A stretch of DNA of 63,416 nucleotides, filler included, from Pelomyxa schiedti (Eukaryota; Protista; Evosea): assembly GCA_020536535.1 (NCBI GenBank). It is 13 parts of 13 records of this genome, joined end to end, with 100 filler letters (N's around TTAATTAATTAA, not from the genome) between each part and the next. Parts side by side here need not be neighbours in the genome. Positions count along the whole stretch, not along the records: positions 42,434 to 60,266 come from JAHLWZ010001124.1; positions 60,367 to 62,086 come from JAHLWZ010000046.1; positions 62,187 to 63,416 come from JAHLWZ010002673.1; 10 more parts are not named here. The stretch is one strand, 5' to 3'. Below the pieces are notes generated by a model. That model was not told the DNA's origin. It saw only the letters and a program-made list of their open reading frames with translations, and did not search any database. Position numbers and translations under genes: made by a program. Positions 51,129 through 63,416 of this stretch are shown piece by piece. Each line of letters begins with the position of its first letter. The first letter of the stretch is position 1.

Positions 51129-52919
51129 ATGTACGGGACTGCCTCCCAGTATGCTGGCATGACCCCCCAACCTCAACACTTCCCGGCATCCTCGCCTTCA
51201 CATCTTCAGGCGACACCACAAGTTACGGTCACCACTACGCAGCCACAGAAAACTAAGAAGAACCTAACCGTCCAGAAAAAGAATCATGGTCCGCAGACCC
51301 CCGCAAAGGCTCCACCAAAACCAAAATCACAAATATCACCAGTGCCACAAGTCTCAAAACCTTCAGAACCTTCAGACATTGTCGTTGATACCACTGCACC
51401 ACCAGGTGATGCAAACCCCTGTCCTCCTCCGTCCAAGAGGATACGAGCACCAGCAACTACCGAGTCTGGGCCACTGCAAAGCCTCGCACTTGGGGGTGCT
51501 TCAACAAATCCGCAACCCACTAGTGTGGCAACACATCTCGTTCCTTCTCCCACCTCAATTCAAAGTACTGAGCTTTCAATGGGTGAAGGAAATGTTGCTG
51601 CCCCTCCCGGACCTCCACTACGTGTACCTCTTCCAGGAGTCGGTACTAGTCGCTTAACTTTTTAACAAGCTTGTTGAACTACCACCAGATCAACCTAATA
51701 AAGGTGAGAAACCTGATATGGAACCAAAGAGGCTATCGCAGTTGCAAAATATGCTTGGCGATCAGCTAACTGCAATGTCGAAATCATTCTGTTCCCAGAC
51801 GGATGTAATCAAGAACCAAGCAATTTCACACCTTACAGAACGATCTGAACTGGATGGTTTGTGCCCTTTGACTTCTGTTCTCAATAAGTTTTGTGTTCAT
51901 GTTAATTTTTTTCTCAACTGATAAGTGGCTGTTTAAGTTAATTCCCACCTTCCAATCACCGTTGTGACACTTTTGCTGTTATTGCTATGCTATTTATTTG
52001 ACATTTGCTAGTGAGTTCACAGACTATGTTAGATGACCTGGCTGGAAAAGCAACATCCCTTCTTCAAGAATGCTCCATCTTTCAATAAAACTGAAGAAAT
52101 AAAATATTTCCCTATGTACCACATGTGAACTTACCAACCTCCAGTTACTTGGTGAAGTCGATCCTACAAGCCTTGCAGAGGGAAACAATGACGAAATCGT
52201 ACAACAGAAGAATAGAGAGATTGCTTTACTACAAGGTCAGATCAATAACCTGCAGAAGGAAGTCGCAAGCCAACAAATGAGTGACCAAGGCACGAAAGAA
52301 GAGCTCAACCGGGTACAATTGCAACGCCGAGAAGAAGCAAGGCAGAGGGAAGCTGAAAAAGCCGCAACTGACAAGGCGACAGAGGAAGCTTTTCAGAGAT
52401 ACCGCAATATGGTAGCGGCCGCTGAAAAGCGCGCTGAACAAGCACTAGCCCAAAACCATGAACTCCAGCACAGTTTTGAGATTCATCAGTCGCAAATGGA
52501 AAGTGCGCGGAACGCTATTGCACTACATCAACAACAGTCGAGAGAGAAGGACGAACAGATAGAGAAGCTCAAAAAAGAGCTCGATGAGACATCTGCTCGT
52601 GAGAAAGCCTTAGCCGAACAGCTGGAGAATACCCAAAAGGAGCTTGAGAAGCAAAAGCGTAAATGGACCCAAGTGTTGGCGTCGAGTAAGTTTCCCCTTC
52701 CCGTAGTCAGCCTAATCATCCAAACATACCACAACTAATGCATACTTAAATACCCTTTCTCACCCCACAGTACAATCCTCCGAGTGAGCGCCTGTTATGC
52801 TTTTCTCGATTCTATCTCGCTGAAACTAGACGACTACCAAAACACCAACAATACAAAACAAAACACAACCAACTCCCACCAACACAAATCTTACCTTAAC
52901 ACCGTAAGAACGTAGAATA
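51129..52919 (+). CDS. Hypothetical protein: Pro-rich N-terminus and long coiled coil, multi-exon
   Basis: ORFs 51129-51665, 51718-51921 and 52277-52738 (heptad-rich). Boundaries are uncertain. Confidence 0.55.
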
Positions 52920-53060
52920 GAGTGGCACCCAACACCTTCGTTTTTCTGTTTTCCTGTCCTTCCTCCTTTTTTCTCAAATCGTAAAATTGGCAGGTACCTG
53001 TCAAGATCTTTATCGGTTCATAACAGAGGAGAAACAAAACGCTGTCGTGGGGTGGGGTTC

Positions 53061-55316
53061 ATGCAGGTGGTGCGGAAGCGACAGCGTGCAGTAGACGTTG
53101 CTCTGAGTTGAGTGTTTGACTTGGTGTTTTCTCTCTCGTATGTTGCTGTGGAGGAAACGTAACGAGTACACTTAGGCGACGACACATTGGGAGATCTGGT
53201 TGTGGTGGGTGTGCCGGCAAGGGTGTTCTTCGACACTCACTCGTACGAGTTTTACGAGAGTGGAAAACACTTGATGGAGTGGCCACCACCGTGTACTTCT
53301 TTACCATCTTCGAGCGGAGGTTGCACCATAGGCACTGCTGCCAGCGACTTGTACTATGGCGATGATGATGAGGGGAAAACTGGGAGTGAAGTTGGTTGTG
53401 TAAGGACTATTGACCGTTATGATGCCAGGACTTTGGTGTGTCCTGCTAGAATTGTACTACCTGCGCTGGGCTAATCGCTGGTTTATGGTAGCTCGATGAT
53501 ACATACCTTGTCATGCTAAGCAAGGGATGCCTGCACTCTTTCCACATTTCCAAAAAAGAAGCTGAGATAGAGCAACTGTGTGATAACGAGAGATATGCAG
53601 ACCTTTATGAGGCAATGAAACACGAAAATGATGGTATGCCCTCTTCCGAACTATCATTATTCTTTATAACCTCTCATATTTTCATCTTCATATTTCCTCT
53701 TGCAGTGTGGTGTGCTTTGGATATTAACAACAAACAACACACAAAATAACCAATTAAAATACAAAACAAAGCACACAGGTATTTGGTTTTTCTTTATGAT
53801 AATATTAATAGCTTTTGGTTCATCACTTTACACCACTCTTACACAACAAAACCTACACAGAAATCACAGAAGAAAATCCAGTACCTTCCATTGAACCTGA
53901 AGTATTCTTTCATTTTTTTCCCCCTACCAGAGATTCATTGTACTCTTAGGTACCACATTTTGTCCCATTTGTACCCCCATTCGTTGTCCCTGATACTATA
54001 ACTCTGGTTTCTCCCCCTTTCTTGAAGCCATCCTAATGATCCCGGCAGCCTCAAACGGAAAAGATTCATCAAATAATATTAAGGACAGCTCTCTTTACAA
54101 AGACTCAAGGGAAATCGGCTGTATTGTCTCTTACAAAAACTCAAGTTTTCACTGGGTTTTTTCTTCCCTCCCTGATTCATTTTAGGCTACAAATCCAAAC
54201 TTTGGATTTCTATTTGAGGGACACCCTTTGCACACTTACTATGTGTATCTATGTGAAACAGAATTGGTGTACAAGAATCCATCACAATCTTACACCTCTG
54301 TACCACCCCCCCTTCAGTATGCACCCTCTCAATCTGAGGACTGCAAACCTAATTCAACACCCCCTCCACATCAACTCCCATTGACCAATTCTACCTCCAC
54401 TGCTTCATCTGTTACTCCCAACTCTTGTCCGGATAGACAGAAAAGTACTTGTCAACAACCTCCATCCCCAAAGTCAACAGAACAAATTTTTACAGACGAG
54501 TTATCAATGACTGGAATCGTTCCCCCTGAACCTGAAGTAAAGGTGTGGTTTTCTCCTGTGGATTTGAATTAAACTGTAACAAGAAAGTGGTTGATAAGCT
54601 GGTTGAATTCGTTCTCTCGAATGGAACTAAATTTGAAGTTATTGTACGGGAACGTGAGCGGTCCAACCCTCGTTTTTCTTTCTTGTTACCTTGGGACACG
54701 AACAATGCATATTATAACTTGCGGATTAATTTCTTTCGAGTAACGCACTGACCTATTTATCATTTCCTTTTAAATGTAGCCCTAGAAACGGGAGTCTAAT
54801 GCTGGTCAAGATATTATTAGCTCAGACAGAGTTGCTGATAACCCAGAGATAGCACCAACACCTTCAAGACCATCCATAATAGTTCTCCCAACAGGTACCA
54901 CTAAACCTCCTCTTCCTAATGCCACACGTTCAATTCCATGCCTCAAAGAAACACCATCACCTCCCGAACACACCACAAACGCACCAGGTTCACCAGAAGA
55001 AACACACCTAGGTAACACCAAGCTTCCGGCAGCACCACACACACCATCCAACCCAGCACTCTTTAACAATAAATTGCTACCAGAGCACCCAGAACAACCC
55101 TCGCCCCAACTCCCGGCAATGCAAACATCCACGCCCGTACCTGCACCTAAATCCACTGATCCTGTGCAACTCCCACCATTTCCCGGTCATAACCTCTTCC
55201 CACCAATACTCCACACAAACAAATCCACAACCACTGCAGCACAGGCTTCTCCTCCCGATACCAAAAGAGCCCGCCTATTACGTGTCAAGGCTCTGTTGAG
55301 TTCCCAACTCTTGTAA
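53061..55316 (+). CDS. SFSWAP: Splicing factor suppressor-of-white-apricot homolog (DRY_EERY + 2 SURP domains)
   Basis: LVVVGVPARVF..GKHLMEW..IDRYDARTL..LCDNERYADL; SURP NPNFGFLFEGHPLHTYY; SURP VVDKLVEFVLSNGTKFE..NPRFSFLLPWDTNNAYY. Confidence 0.85.
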
Positions 55317-55516
55317 CCTACCCCACTGCATTTTCTTTTGTTGTAAAGTAATAATTCTCAATTACTGTCAACCATTGTTTTGTTGGAAAATGTACAAGGG
55401 AATCCTTCCCTTCACACTCGGGGCACACAATCACAAGGGAGCTCCCTGATTTACGGAAAACGTGGCATTTCTTTTCAACCAAGTTTTTTGGCGAAACAGT
55501 CGACACGGTTCATCAC

Positions 55517-57433
55517 TCACAGGCCGTGGTTGGCAGACTTTGGCTCGTCTGGAGTCTCGAGGCTGGGAACGGAAGAGTCACTTGGAGCGGTGCTTGGTGG
55601 AACGTGGGGCGTTGGAGGCTCTAACGGAGGCAGTTCCGAGCCATCACTGGCACTGGAGGAGCAACTTGGGACACTGGTGGCACTGGAAATGAAAATGGGG
55701 GCAACTCTGTCCTCCTCTAAGTCAAGGAGTGAGCCCAGGTCGCAATTGGGGTATTCGGCCCGGTCAAATGCCTATTTTTTTTTTTTTTTGTTGATTGTTG
55801 ATGTTAGTTTGATTGTTTATGTAACAATGGGGGAAAAAAGGGGGGAGTACTGTGTAGGACGCATTCAATCTTTTGAGCTCTTTCCACTTTTCCCTAAATT
55901 TTTCTTCTGTTTCTTTAGTTTTGTCAATGAGGGCATCTGCTGATTTATCACCCTTTTTGAGCATTCTAGTACAACAGCTGGAAAGTCTATGAGAGGATTT
56001 CGCCAGTACAGTAAGCTTTTCTATCAATGCATCTGTTTGCACTCTTTTATTGAGCATCTTTCTCACATGTTTCAATTTTAATGTGCTTCTCATTTTTGAA
56101 ATATTGTGGGTTTCACAAAAAACAGCATAGGCTGCAATGGAGGCCCAAAAGTCAGTCTTGTTTCACGTTAATTTAAGGAATATAGAGCATAGATCAAAGC
56201 GCTGACATTTATGCCAGGGGAGTGAAAATCTGAAGGTGCAATATCAGCTCCATTGAACAAGAAAACAATAACCAACTGCCTGGTGGAACATTTATCACAA
56301 AAAGAGTGGGAGAGCGATATACTTGAGAGATTTCAATTGCTTGGCGAATAGCTGAAACTGCTCACCCCTTTTCACCCAGAAGTGCAACAAATTTCTCTCA
56401 CTTATATGTTTTGGTTGGGGTATGACAAAATTTAGATACTCACTTCTCAGGCCAATAAAATTTGGATGTAATTATGATGGTGCAGGGACCACTGAGTAAA
56501 ACAGAGCCCGTTGGATATGAGCCTATATTATTATGACATTGAGCTCTGATGAAAGACCCTTGTGGGAGGATAGAGAGTAGAGGTTTTTGTACGCCAGCAG
56601 GCAATTCCAGAGTAAAAATATCCCCTATTTCCACTTCTGAGGTTGAAAGAAAGTGCTTGGGTTCTTTTGGCAGCAGGCCTTGTTTATGTAACTCAAGAAG
56701 CCCTTCAAACAAGCTGCTAGATGTAAACTTTGCGCACTCCCTTTCCTCAGAGCTTTCTGATGATATATCGCATTCTTCCACATCCACCACCATAGCATGT
56801 CTTTGAAGGTAATTTACAGAATCAGATTCATCCAAGCCGTCACCAGTGTCTTCACAAGAACATAAAAAAGCAGAGAGGAAGAAACCCCCCGATATAAGAA
56901 TAAGTACCGCGTGGCAGTGCATATCTATACGCAGCTACATTCAGATCCCCAGAACACTCAGCAGCAGCCGTCTCTCTCAAAGCCAAACCCAAACCCGCAC
57001 CCAACCCCTTTCTCCTCCAGGGCTCCATCGTCTCACTTCCCTCAACCAAATATCCTCCCGTACCTGTAACAGTGTAATCGGCTCTGGCTTCAGAAGAAGA
57101 ATCCACATCTGCATCAGCGGGAGTACTAGGTTGAGCAGTAGCAACAGCAGCAGTAGCAGCAGCAGCGACCCCACCGTCCACCTGGATAGCTTTACTACTC
57201 CTAGCCCCTCCTCTCCTTGCGCCTCCTCCTGCTCCTGCTCCTCCTCTCGCTCCTCTTGTGCTCGTGTGCCCTCCTCCCCCTCCGGCTCCCTCCTCGCCAC
57301 TCGCCCCCCTTGCCCTTCCGGCTGCGATTCCGAGCCCTCGCCGGGCGCCCCCGCGGTGCCCTCGGCCCCTCCCTCGCCCAGCACCGCCACCGCGTCCACC
57401 GCGCCGGGCGGAACGGCCGTGACGCCTACCCAT
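55517..57433 (-). CDS. Hypothetical protein with RG/RGG-rich N-terminus, multi-exon
   Basis: MGRRHGRSARRGGRGGGAGRGRGRG..; spliceable to ORFs 56440-56922 and 55764-56093. Confidence 0.6.
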
Positions 57434-57662
57434 GTCGAGGCCCCCTTTTTTTGGATTAAGTTCTTCTCAGTAGATTCCCCCACTTTAGTTTCGCAGGGGT
57501 TTTTCCCTCTTCAACGGTGAACCGAAAGGGCGCTGTTTTAGGGGATGTCCCGGACTACGTTGAAGAGGTGACAGGGCGAAACTGGCAGATACGCCGCTGT
57601 AACTCAGAGGTAGGGCGGAGCCATTCTTTTTATCAGAGAACCAAACCTCCAAAATTTCTGCG

Positions 57663-59904
57663 ATGGACGGCGGCAGGAGGGAGTGGGTCGTTGTGGTGTC
57701 CAGCAATGTGCTTTTCGCAATGCGACGCGTCGGGGGAATGATGAATTCGCCTGGTGTGATGGCCACCGTAGGGGAGGCACTGTTCCCACTCACGGCCGTT
57801 TTGTCAGACGCCGTCGTGCATTCGTTCCCTTACTGTGTGTGTGTGTTGGAGTTGGCGCGTTATTGGTTGGTTATGTGGTCTCTTGTGTTTGGAGTGAGTT
57901 GAAATAACTGTTTATACAAAGAAAAAAAAACACACAAGAAACCCCCAGGGCTAACAGAACTATAGGGAACTGCATCCAGAGGACCATTGGAGTTTTCATT
58001 GATGGTGAGTGCGTGAGGTGCCTTGAATGGCTGCGCACTGCCATTCTGGTGCACAACAAATATGCGAAGGAAGTTCACTGGGAACCAAACCGCATCACAA
58101 TGCCGGAAATCATAGAGAACTTATTCGCAAGTGCATGCAGAGCTGGGAAGCTGTCTGTTTTTGAGTGGTTCAATGCGCGCTACCCTGACCTTCTTCGAGT
58201 GACTCCAAGTGACTTCAATCGGCGCAGTCACTTTTTGTCTACTGTGGTGCAAAGTTGTTGTGAGTCATGCAACATCTCGCTTGTAAAAAGAGCCGTGAGC
58301 ACAATTGATAAAACTTGCCTGGCTTCAGTTGTGAAGTATTTACCCTTGAACCCCATATTTGCCTCCTGGTGCAGATGTGAAGATGCGGAGGGCCTTGCAT
58401 GGATTCTGGATAATGTGTTGGATACTGAGAATATTATTATGGATGAAACACGGTTTCAGAACTTTTTTGGTCTTGCGTATGGAAACGGCTGTGTACAAAT
58501 TGTGAGTCTTGTGGAAGAGAGATTCTCCATCCCCTTGTCAAATTATAGGGTGTTGTGTCTTGTGTTCTTGGCATGCAAAGGGAATCACTTACCCCTGGTG
58601 CAGCACCTTTTTTCCAGGCATTGTCTAGTTGACAAAGCGGACCTTTTCCAATTTTCATTTCAGAACAGGGCGCAACCAGGACCCCTATCTGAATGTTGCA
58701 GATGTGGAAACGTAACTCTAGCAGAGTGGCTAACGAACCGATTTGATTTAGTTGATGAGGCCATCACGGAACAAATGGCCAGTCATTTGTTCAACAACTC
58801 TCTGGCATCAGGAAGCTTTCAAATGGCAAACTGGGCTGTTAGTAGGTTTCCACATGCCGCGGAACGTTATTTCTTGGATTTTCCTCAAGTATCTCCAACT
58901 CCCTTTGCCGCTGTTTGCAGCCCAGAAGACTTCGTGCATGCCTCCAAATCCTTCACATTTGATATGACCGATGCTCTTGCAGCTCTCACCGTATGCTGTT
59001 CACGAGAAGACGAGGTAAGTGCGCAAGCTATTGCAGAAATCGTCATCTCTTCTTCAACACTATCATCAATTCCTGCCTTGCAAGCAGCAGGTGTGTTCCA
59101 GAATGCCTGCGTTCGTGGAAAACGAAACCTCGCCAAGTTATTTGCAGATTCATTTTCTCTGAGAACCTCTTCCATTATTGCCGGTCCAAATGCAAACCCT
59201 TATCCCTACGTTCTAACAGCAAATTAAAGGACCCTTCACACAAGTCTGTGGAACTGGTCAGTTGCACATGGCTCAGTGGATAACAGAGCGGTGGACACTT
59301 GGGCCAGAACACATGAAAGAAATGCAATTTCAGCCGCTTTTTGTTGCCTGTACAGCTGGCCACCTTGACCTTGCCCAATGGCTTGTCTCACATTTCGTCG
59401 TGGAACATGTACCAATTGGGCCTGTACCTTTTCCTTTCCCATATCCCCACAAATTGTCAATCGATCATTTTCCAGGAAGACTTAGGCTACAGCTTCTTCC
59501 GGGCTCTGGTGACTGGTTCCAGCGGACCCGAAACCAAGCTTGAAGCCACAAAGCTTCTCGCGGCCACATTCTCAGAGTACCTAGACACCCCCAGAGTGCA
59601 ACAAGTACTTTCCGAGACAACATTCTCATACCTGCCGGCACTGAAATACTTCTCCGGCAAGTATTCCATCCTGGAGCACACAGTACACCGCGCAATCGCG
59701 GCCTTCACAGGGGCCGGCGATCTGGATGCTCTGGACTGGGTGTATGCCAACCTGCCAGGGGCTGTTTCCTACAGTGCCCTCAACTTCAGGAGCAGCCACA
59801 GTCACGTGAATCAGTGGGCACAAGAAAAGTTCTATTCATCCAACTCAAACCAAAACACAAACGCAACACACCAGAACAAGCCTGACAAATGCCTCTGCTG
59901 TTAA
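57663..59904 (+). CDS. Degenerate ankyrin-like repeat protein with C-terminal CLCC
   Basis: Repeats such as ACRAGKLSVFEWF, ACKGNHLPLVQHL, CCRCGNVTLAEWL and ACTAGHLDLAQWL. The first exon probably starts at 57663 (..GEALFPL). Confidence 0.75.
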
Positions 59905-60055
59905 ATCGTCATCAGCAGAGACTGTACAATTACTGTCAAACAAATGTTTTATGTTTTTCTCTAGCACTACCCCGTATCCACCTTCATTCAGCTCCGAACT
60001 TTGTTTCCGTGAAAATAATATTTCGGAATATTTGACAAGACTCAAGTTGGCGGCC

Positions 60056-60266
60056 ATGGAAAAGAGGCAATTGATTGCACAAATAACGTGCCCGTGTTGC
60101 TCCTCGTTCTTCCGTGACCCAAGGTTTTCGTTCTTTTTGTTCTTCCTTCCCCCTTCTCCCTCACTGTTGACGTGACCACCCAGGTTGCTTCCTTGCTTGC
60201 ACACTTTGTGCCTCGAGTGCATCCCAAAATGCTCACCCGGAGCATCCCTGAATTCCACGGCCTCGT
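60056..60266 (+). CDS. 5' fragment of a RING-HC protein (TRIM-type N-terminus)
   Basis: MEKRQLIAQITCPCCSSFFRDPR|LLPCLHTLCLECI. Confidence 0.8.
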
Positions 60267-60486
60267 NNNNNNNNNNNNNNNNNNNNNNNNNNNNNNNNNN
60301 NNNNNNNNNNTTAATTAATTAANNNNNNNNNNNNNNNNNNNNNNNNNNNNNNNNNNNNNNNNNNNNACCCCGTGGCCGATGGTCTTGTAGAAAACGCCTT
60401 TTTTTTCCGTCTCAGTTCCTCGTCTCTGGACTGAGAAAACTAATAAACCCGATAAAAAGTGTGCACACTTGGGCAGTCCCAAAATT

Positions 60487-62086
60487 ATGGGTGTGGACAC
60501 TGCCGACGAGGCACGTCGTACGATGGAAAAACAACAAACCGCGGAGCTACTCGCTGCAGGGCACGTGCATGACGAAAAAGTGGTGTGTGTGCGCGTGTGC
60601 GAGTGCGTGCGCGCTTGCAGTTGCTGTACTGTCTTAATTGGCTTGTTTTTTCGCCCATTTAAACGGCTCACCTTTGTATGAATTATTTGTTCAGTATTTT
60701 CTGCCGCACAAATGGTTTATGGATTGGAGGACATTCACAGAGGTAAATAGACTTTGCTGACACTTGTTATTACATAATGACCTTGGGGTACTTTATCAGT
60801 ACTCGTTTGGAAAACGACCACCCACAGGCATTGATAATACTTGCTTGGTATTTCCAGATGGCACACTGAAAGACCACTACTTTTACCAAGGAGTTGACTA
60901 TGACATCGTTTCAGAGCCTGTTTGGGAATTGCTCATTAAATGGTTTCGAAACCATTGTCATGGTCACTCACTTTTTTTTTTACCCTGACAAGGTGGACCA
61001 GCAGTGACCCGAAGGATAAGGATGGATGTCTATGGTGCCAAAGTGGATTTGGAAGACTACAAAGTGTCTTGCCACCTTCTGACAACTGAGCAGGATCTCA
61101 GATTGCAGGTTTCAAAATACAGATGCACCTGTCGTAAACTGAAAAAAAAGGTGTTGGCTTTTTTTTATTACTATCAATTTGTGGTTCAGTGCCAACTCAC
61201 ATCAGTACTTCCAGATACATAAGTTGTATGAACTTTCAACAAACCTTTCGCAAGTGCGTTTATTTGTTGAGAAGAGGGAGATTTCTGATGCAGAGTGTGT
61301 ATCCTGTTTCACAAATTACTATTCAACAGTCCTTGTTGACCCTGATGGCACTCATACAGTACGTCCTATCNNNNNNNNNNNNNNNNNNNNNNNNNNNNNN
61401 NNNNNNNNNNNNNNNNNNNNNNNNNNNNNNNNNNNNNNNNNNNNNNNNNNNNNNNNNNNNNNNNNNNNNNGCAAGTGCGTTTATTTGTTGAGAAGAGGGA
61501 GATTTCTGATGCAGAGTGTGTATCCTGTTTCACAAATTACTATTCAACAGTCCTTGTTGACCCTGATGGCACTCATACAGTACGTCCTATCTCTCTCACT
61601 TGACAGTCAACTTCCACTCAAAAACAACAAAAAGCCTCCACTCTACAGTGTATTCTCTTCTCCAGTGAGGATGCTTGGCCACAAGAGCCTACCCAAGAAG
61701 GTGTTCAGTTTGCAAACCTGTATCAGCTTATTTTTACACTTTAAAAAACCAGAAGCCGAGACTGCACAACGATGATGCATGGGTCTCTGAAAGAAATCAG
61801 TGGAACAATGAAAGAACGCAACTCCAGAACATGTTGAACGTGGCACAAACTAAGATAAAGGCATGTGATGTCTCGCCAATTTCCCAACAACAACAAAAAC
61901 AAAAGGAATTGAGTGATGAAAGAGACCATCTTCAAGACCAACTCGTTCAAGAGCATGAACTTCTGCCGGCTCAAAGCTATGAAGCTGATGAAGGAAGCCC
62001 TAAGCAAAGGCCATCAAAAGCCTGGAATGAGCTTAACACACCATTCCAGGTTGCCACCAAGCTCCAATCGCAGTTGAGAAATGCAG
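60487..62086 (+). CDS. DUSP-domain protein (DUSP, putative UBL, coiled coil), 3'-truncated
   Basis: KWFMDW..PPTGIDNTCLVFPDGTLKDH..GVDYDIVSEPVWELLIKW..GGPAVTRRI. Confidence 0.75.
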
Positions 62087-62256
62087 NNNNNNNNNNNNNN
62101 NNNNNNNNNNNNNNNNNNNNNNNNNNNNNNTTAATTAATTAANNNNNNNNNNNNNNNNNNNNNNNNNNNNNNNNNNNNNNNNNNNNGTGTGTTCTGGCTC
62201 ACAGCAGAAAACCACTGACAGTTGCACAGTGGTTCTGGTTGTTCTGGTCAGAATGT

Positions 62257-62305
62257 CTGGCTGCTGGCTGCTTGCTGCTGGCTTCTGGCTGCTGGCTGCT
62301 GGCTG
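62257..62305 (+). repeat. Heptamer tandem repeat (CTGGCTG)x7
   Basis: Read directly; two units carry one substitution each. Confidence 0.85.
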
Positions 62306-62417
62306 CTCAGCACACAGATCCTGTCTGGTGCCTGCTTGCAAACTGCACAGTCTACCCTCAACCACAAGAGTGCTTTATGAGGTGGGTTTTCTGGGGAGAA
62401 AAAAAAAAAACAGAATC

Positions 62418-62578
62418 AAGGAGGAATGAAGAATGGGTTATTTTCTTTTGATTTTTCAGGAGGTTGCCTTGGTGGGTGTAATGTCTAGGGAGGCCTTGTG
62501 CTTCCAAAGCATCAGCACACCCACCAAGGCAACCTCCTGAAAAATCAAAAGAAAATAACCCATTCTTCATTCCTCCTT
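62418..62578. repeat. Perfect 62-bp inverted repeat with a 37-nt loop
   Basis: 62418-62479 is the exact reverse complement of 62517-62578. It extends about 18 bp further with mismatches. Confidence 0.95.
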
Positions 62579-63078
62579 AATTTTGTTTTTTTTTTCCACT
62601 GTGGCCTGAGCACCACTCAGGGAAACTGGGCTTGGGAAGTACATGGTAAATTCAAAATGTGGTTGCAGTGGTGTAAGCAGATGTTCACCATCCAAGAGAG
62701 AAAGAGTCACTTCCATCTTGACAGTCATTGAGTTAGGCTCGATGTGGTACTGGTTGTTATACCCTGAAACAGTATTATTTAATTAAAAACAAAAAAAAAA
62801 AGAGTACCTGAACATGATGGAAACATCACTCAAAAGTAATCCTCCTTATCAGTCATGAAGACAAAAGGAAGGGAATTTGGTGGAGGCTGCTTTATGGCTT
62901 TATGGTTGGACTTGCCACAGCAGTTGTCCACGCAACCTTCTCCTGCTTTATGAGGGTGTGCATGTCAGCTGCAGCACCGATGCGCTCCTTGAACACTCTA
63001 GGTGCTGAGTCGATACCAAGTTGGTGGCATTTCCTGTTTCATGATTGTGGCGCACATCACACCTCGCCACAATGATCA

Positions 63079-63416
63079 TCAGAAAAAAGAAAAAATGTGA
63101 TTGCAACAACCGCCGAAGGCCTCTAAAGTCCGAGTACTTGTTGCGTCATTGTTGTCTTGGCGACCTGTGTGAAGATAAGTGAAAAGATGAGCAATAGTTG
63201 ATTGTGCCTGGGGGACTGCGACTGGGACTGGGGCTGGGACCACTGTTGTTGTAGTCGTTGCTGCTCCATAGTAGTCATCTTGTTCTTGTTCTTGCTCTTG
63301 CTCTTGCTCTTGATCTTGATCTTGATCTTGTTCTTGTTCTTGTTCAAAAGGAATTCCACCCTTGTGTATTGTGTACAACCAATGTTCCTTGATCTGCCTA
63401 AACACAAGTAAGTCAT
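63079..63416 (-). CDS. Exon of a hypothetical protein with an (EQ/DQ)n microsatellite
   Basis: EQEQEQDQDQDQEQ.. encoded by a hexamer repeat at about 63280-63345. Confidence 0.4.
   Translation of the reverse strand, partial: DLLVFRQIKEHWLYTIHKGGIPFEQEQEQDQDQDQEQEQEQEQEQDDYYGAATTTTTVVPAPVPVAVPQAQSTIAHLFTYLHTGRQDNNDATSTRTLEAFGGCCNHIFSFF

Overview
This is eukaryotic, intron-rich genomic DNA, not prokaryotic. It is a concatenation of 13 unrelated contigs or scaffolds joined by artificial N-TTAATTAATTAA-N linkers, with four internal 100-N gaps. Short GT-AG introns (about 37-100 nt), very small intergenic spacers, expanded Sel1 and ankyrin-like proteins and a recurrent 'A[RK][AS]Q[FV][VL]A' N-terminal motif suggest an amoebozoan, most likely an archamoeba such as Pelomyxa (inference, no database search). 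Recognisable genes are Spb1/FTSJ3, a UBR1-3/PRT6-type E3 ligase, a type II PI4-kinase, SFSWAP, a PP6-like catalytic subunit, actin 3' ends, an NCS2/AzgA-related permease, an Aa_trans transporter, a eukaryote-type SecA-like ATPase, a PINK1-like kinase-Sel1 fusion, small GTPases, and fragments of a chromovirus and a LINE. The best candidate for an undescribed system is a head-to-tail array of three TRIM-like genes (2097-10857) with the architecture RING-Bbox1-Bbox2-coiled coil-2xIPT/TIG-SPRY-like. Their scaffolds are conserved, the SPRY loops are hypervariable, and two copies carry frameshifts, which resembles a birth-and-death intracellular immune receptor cluster. Other oddities are a 7-repeat Cys/His protein, a pseudo-GTPase, a 62-bp perfect hairpin and GC-AG introns. 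Spliced gene models were assembled by eye and their boundaries are approximate.
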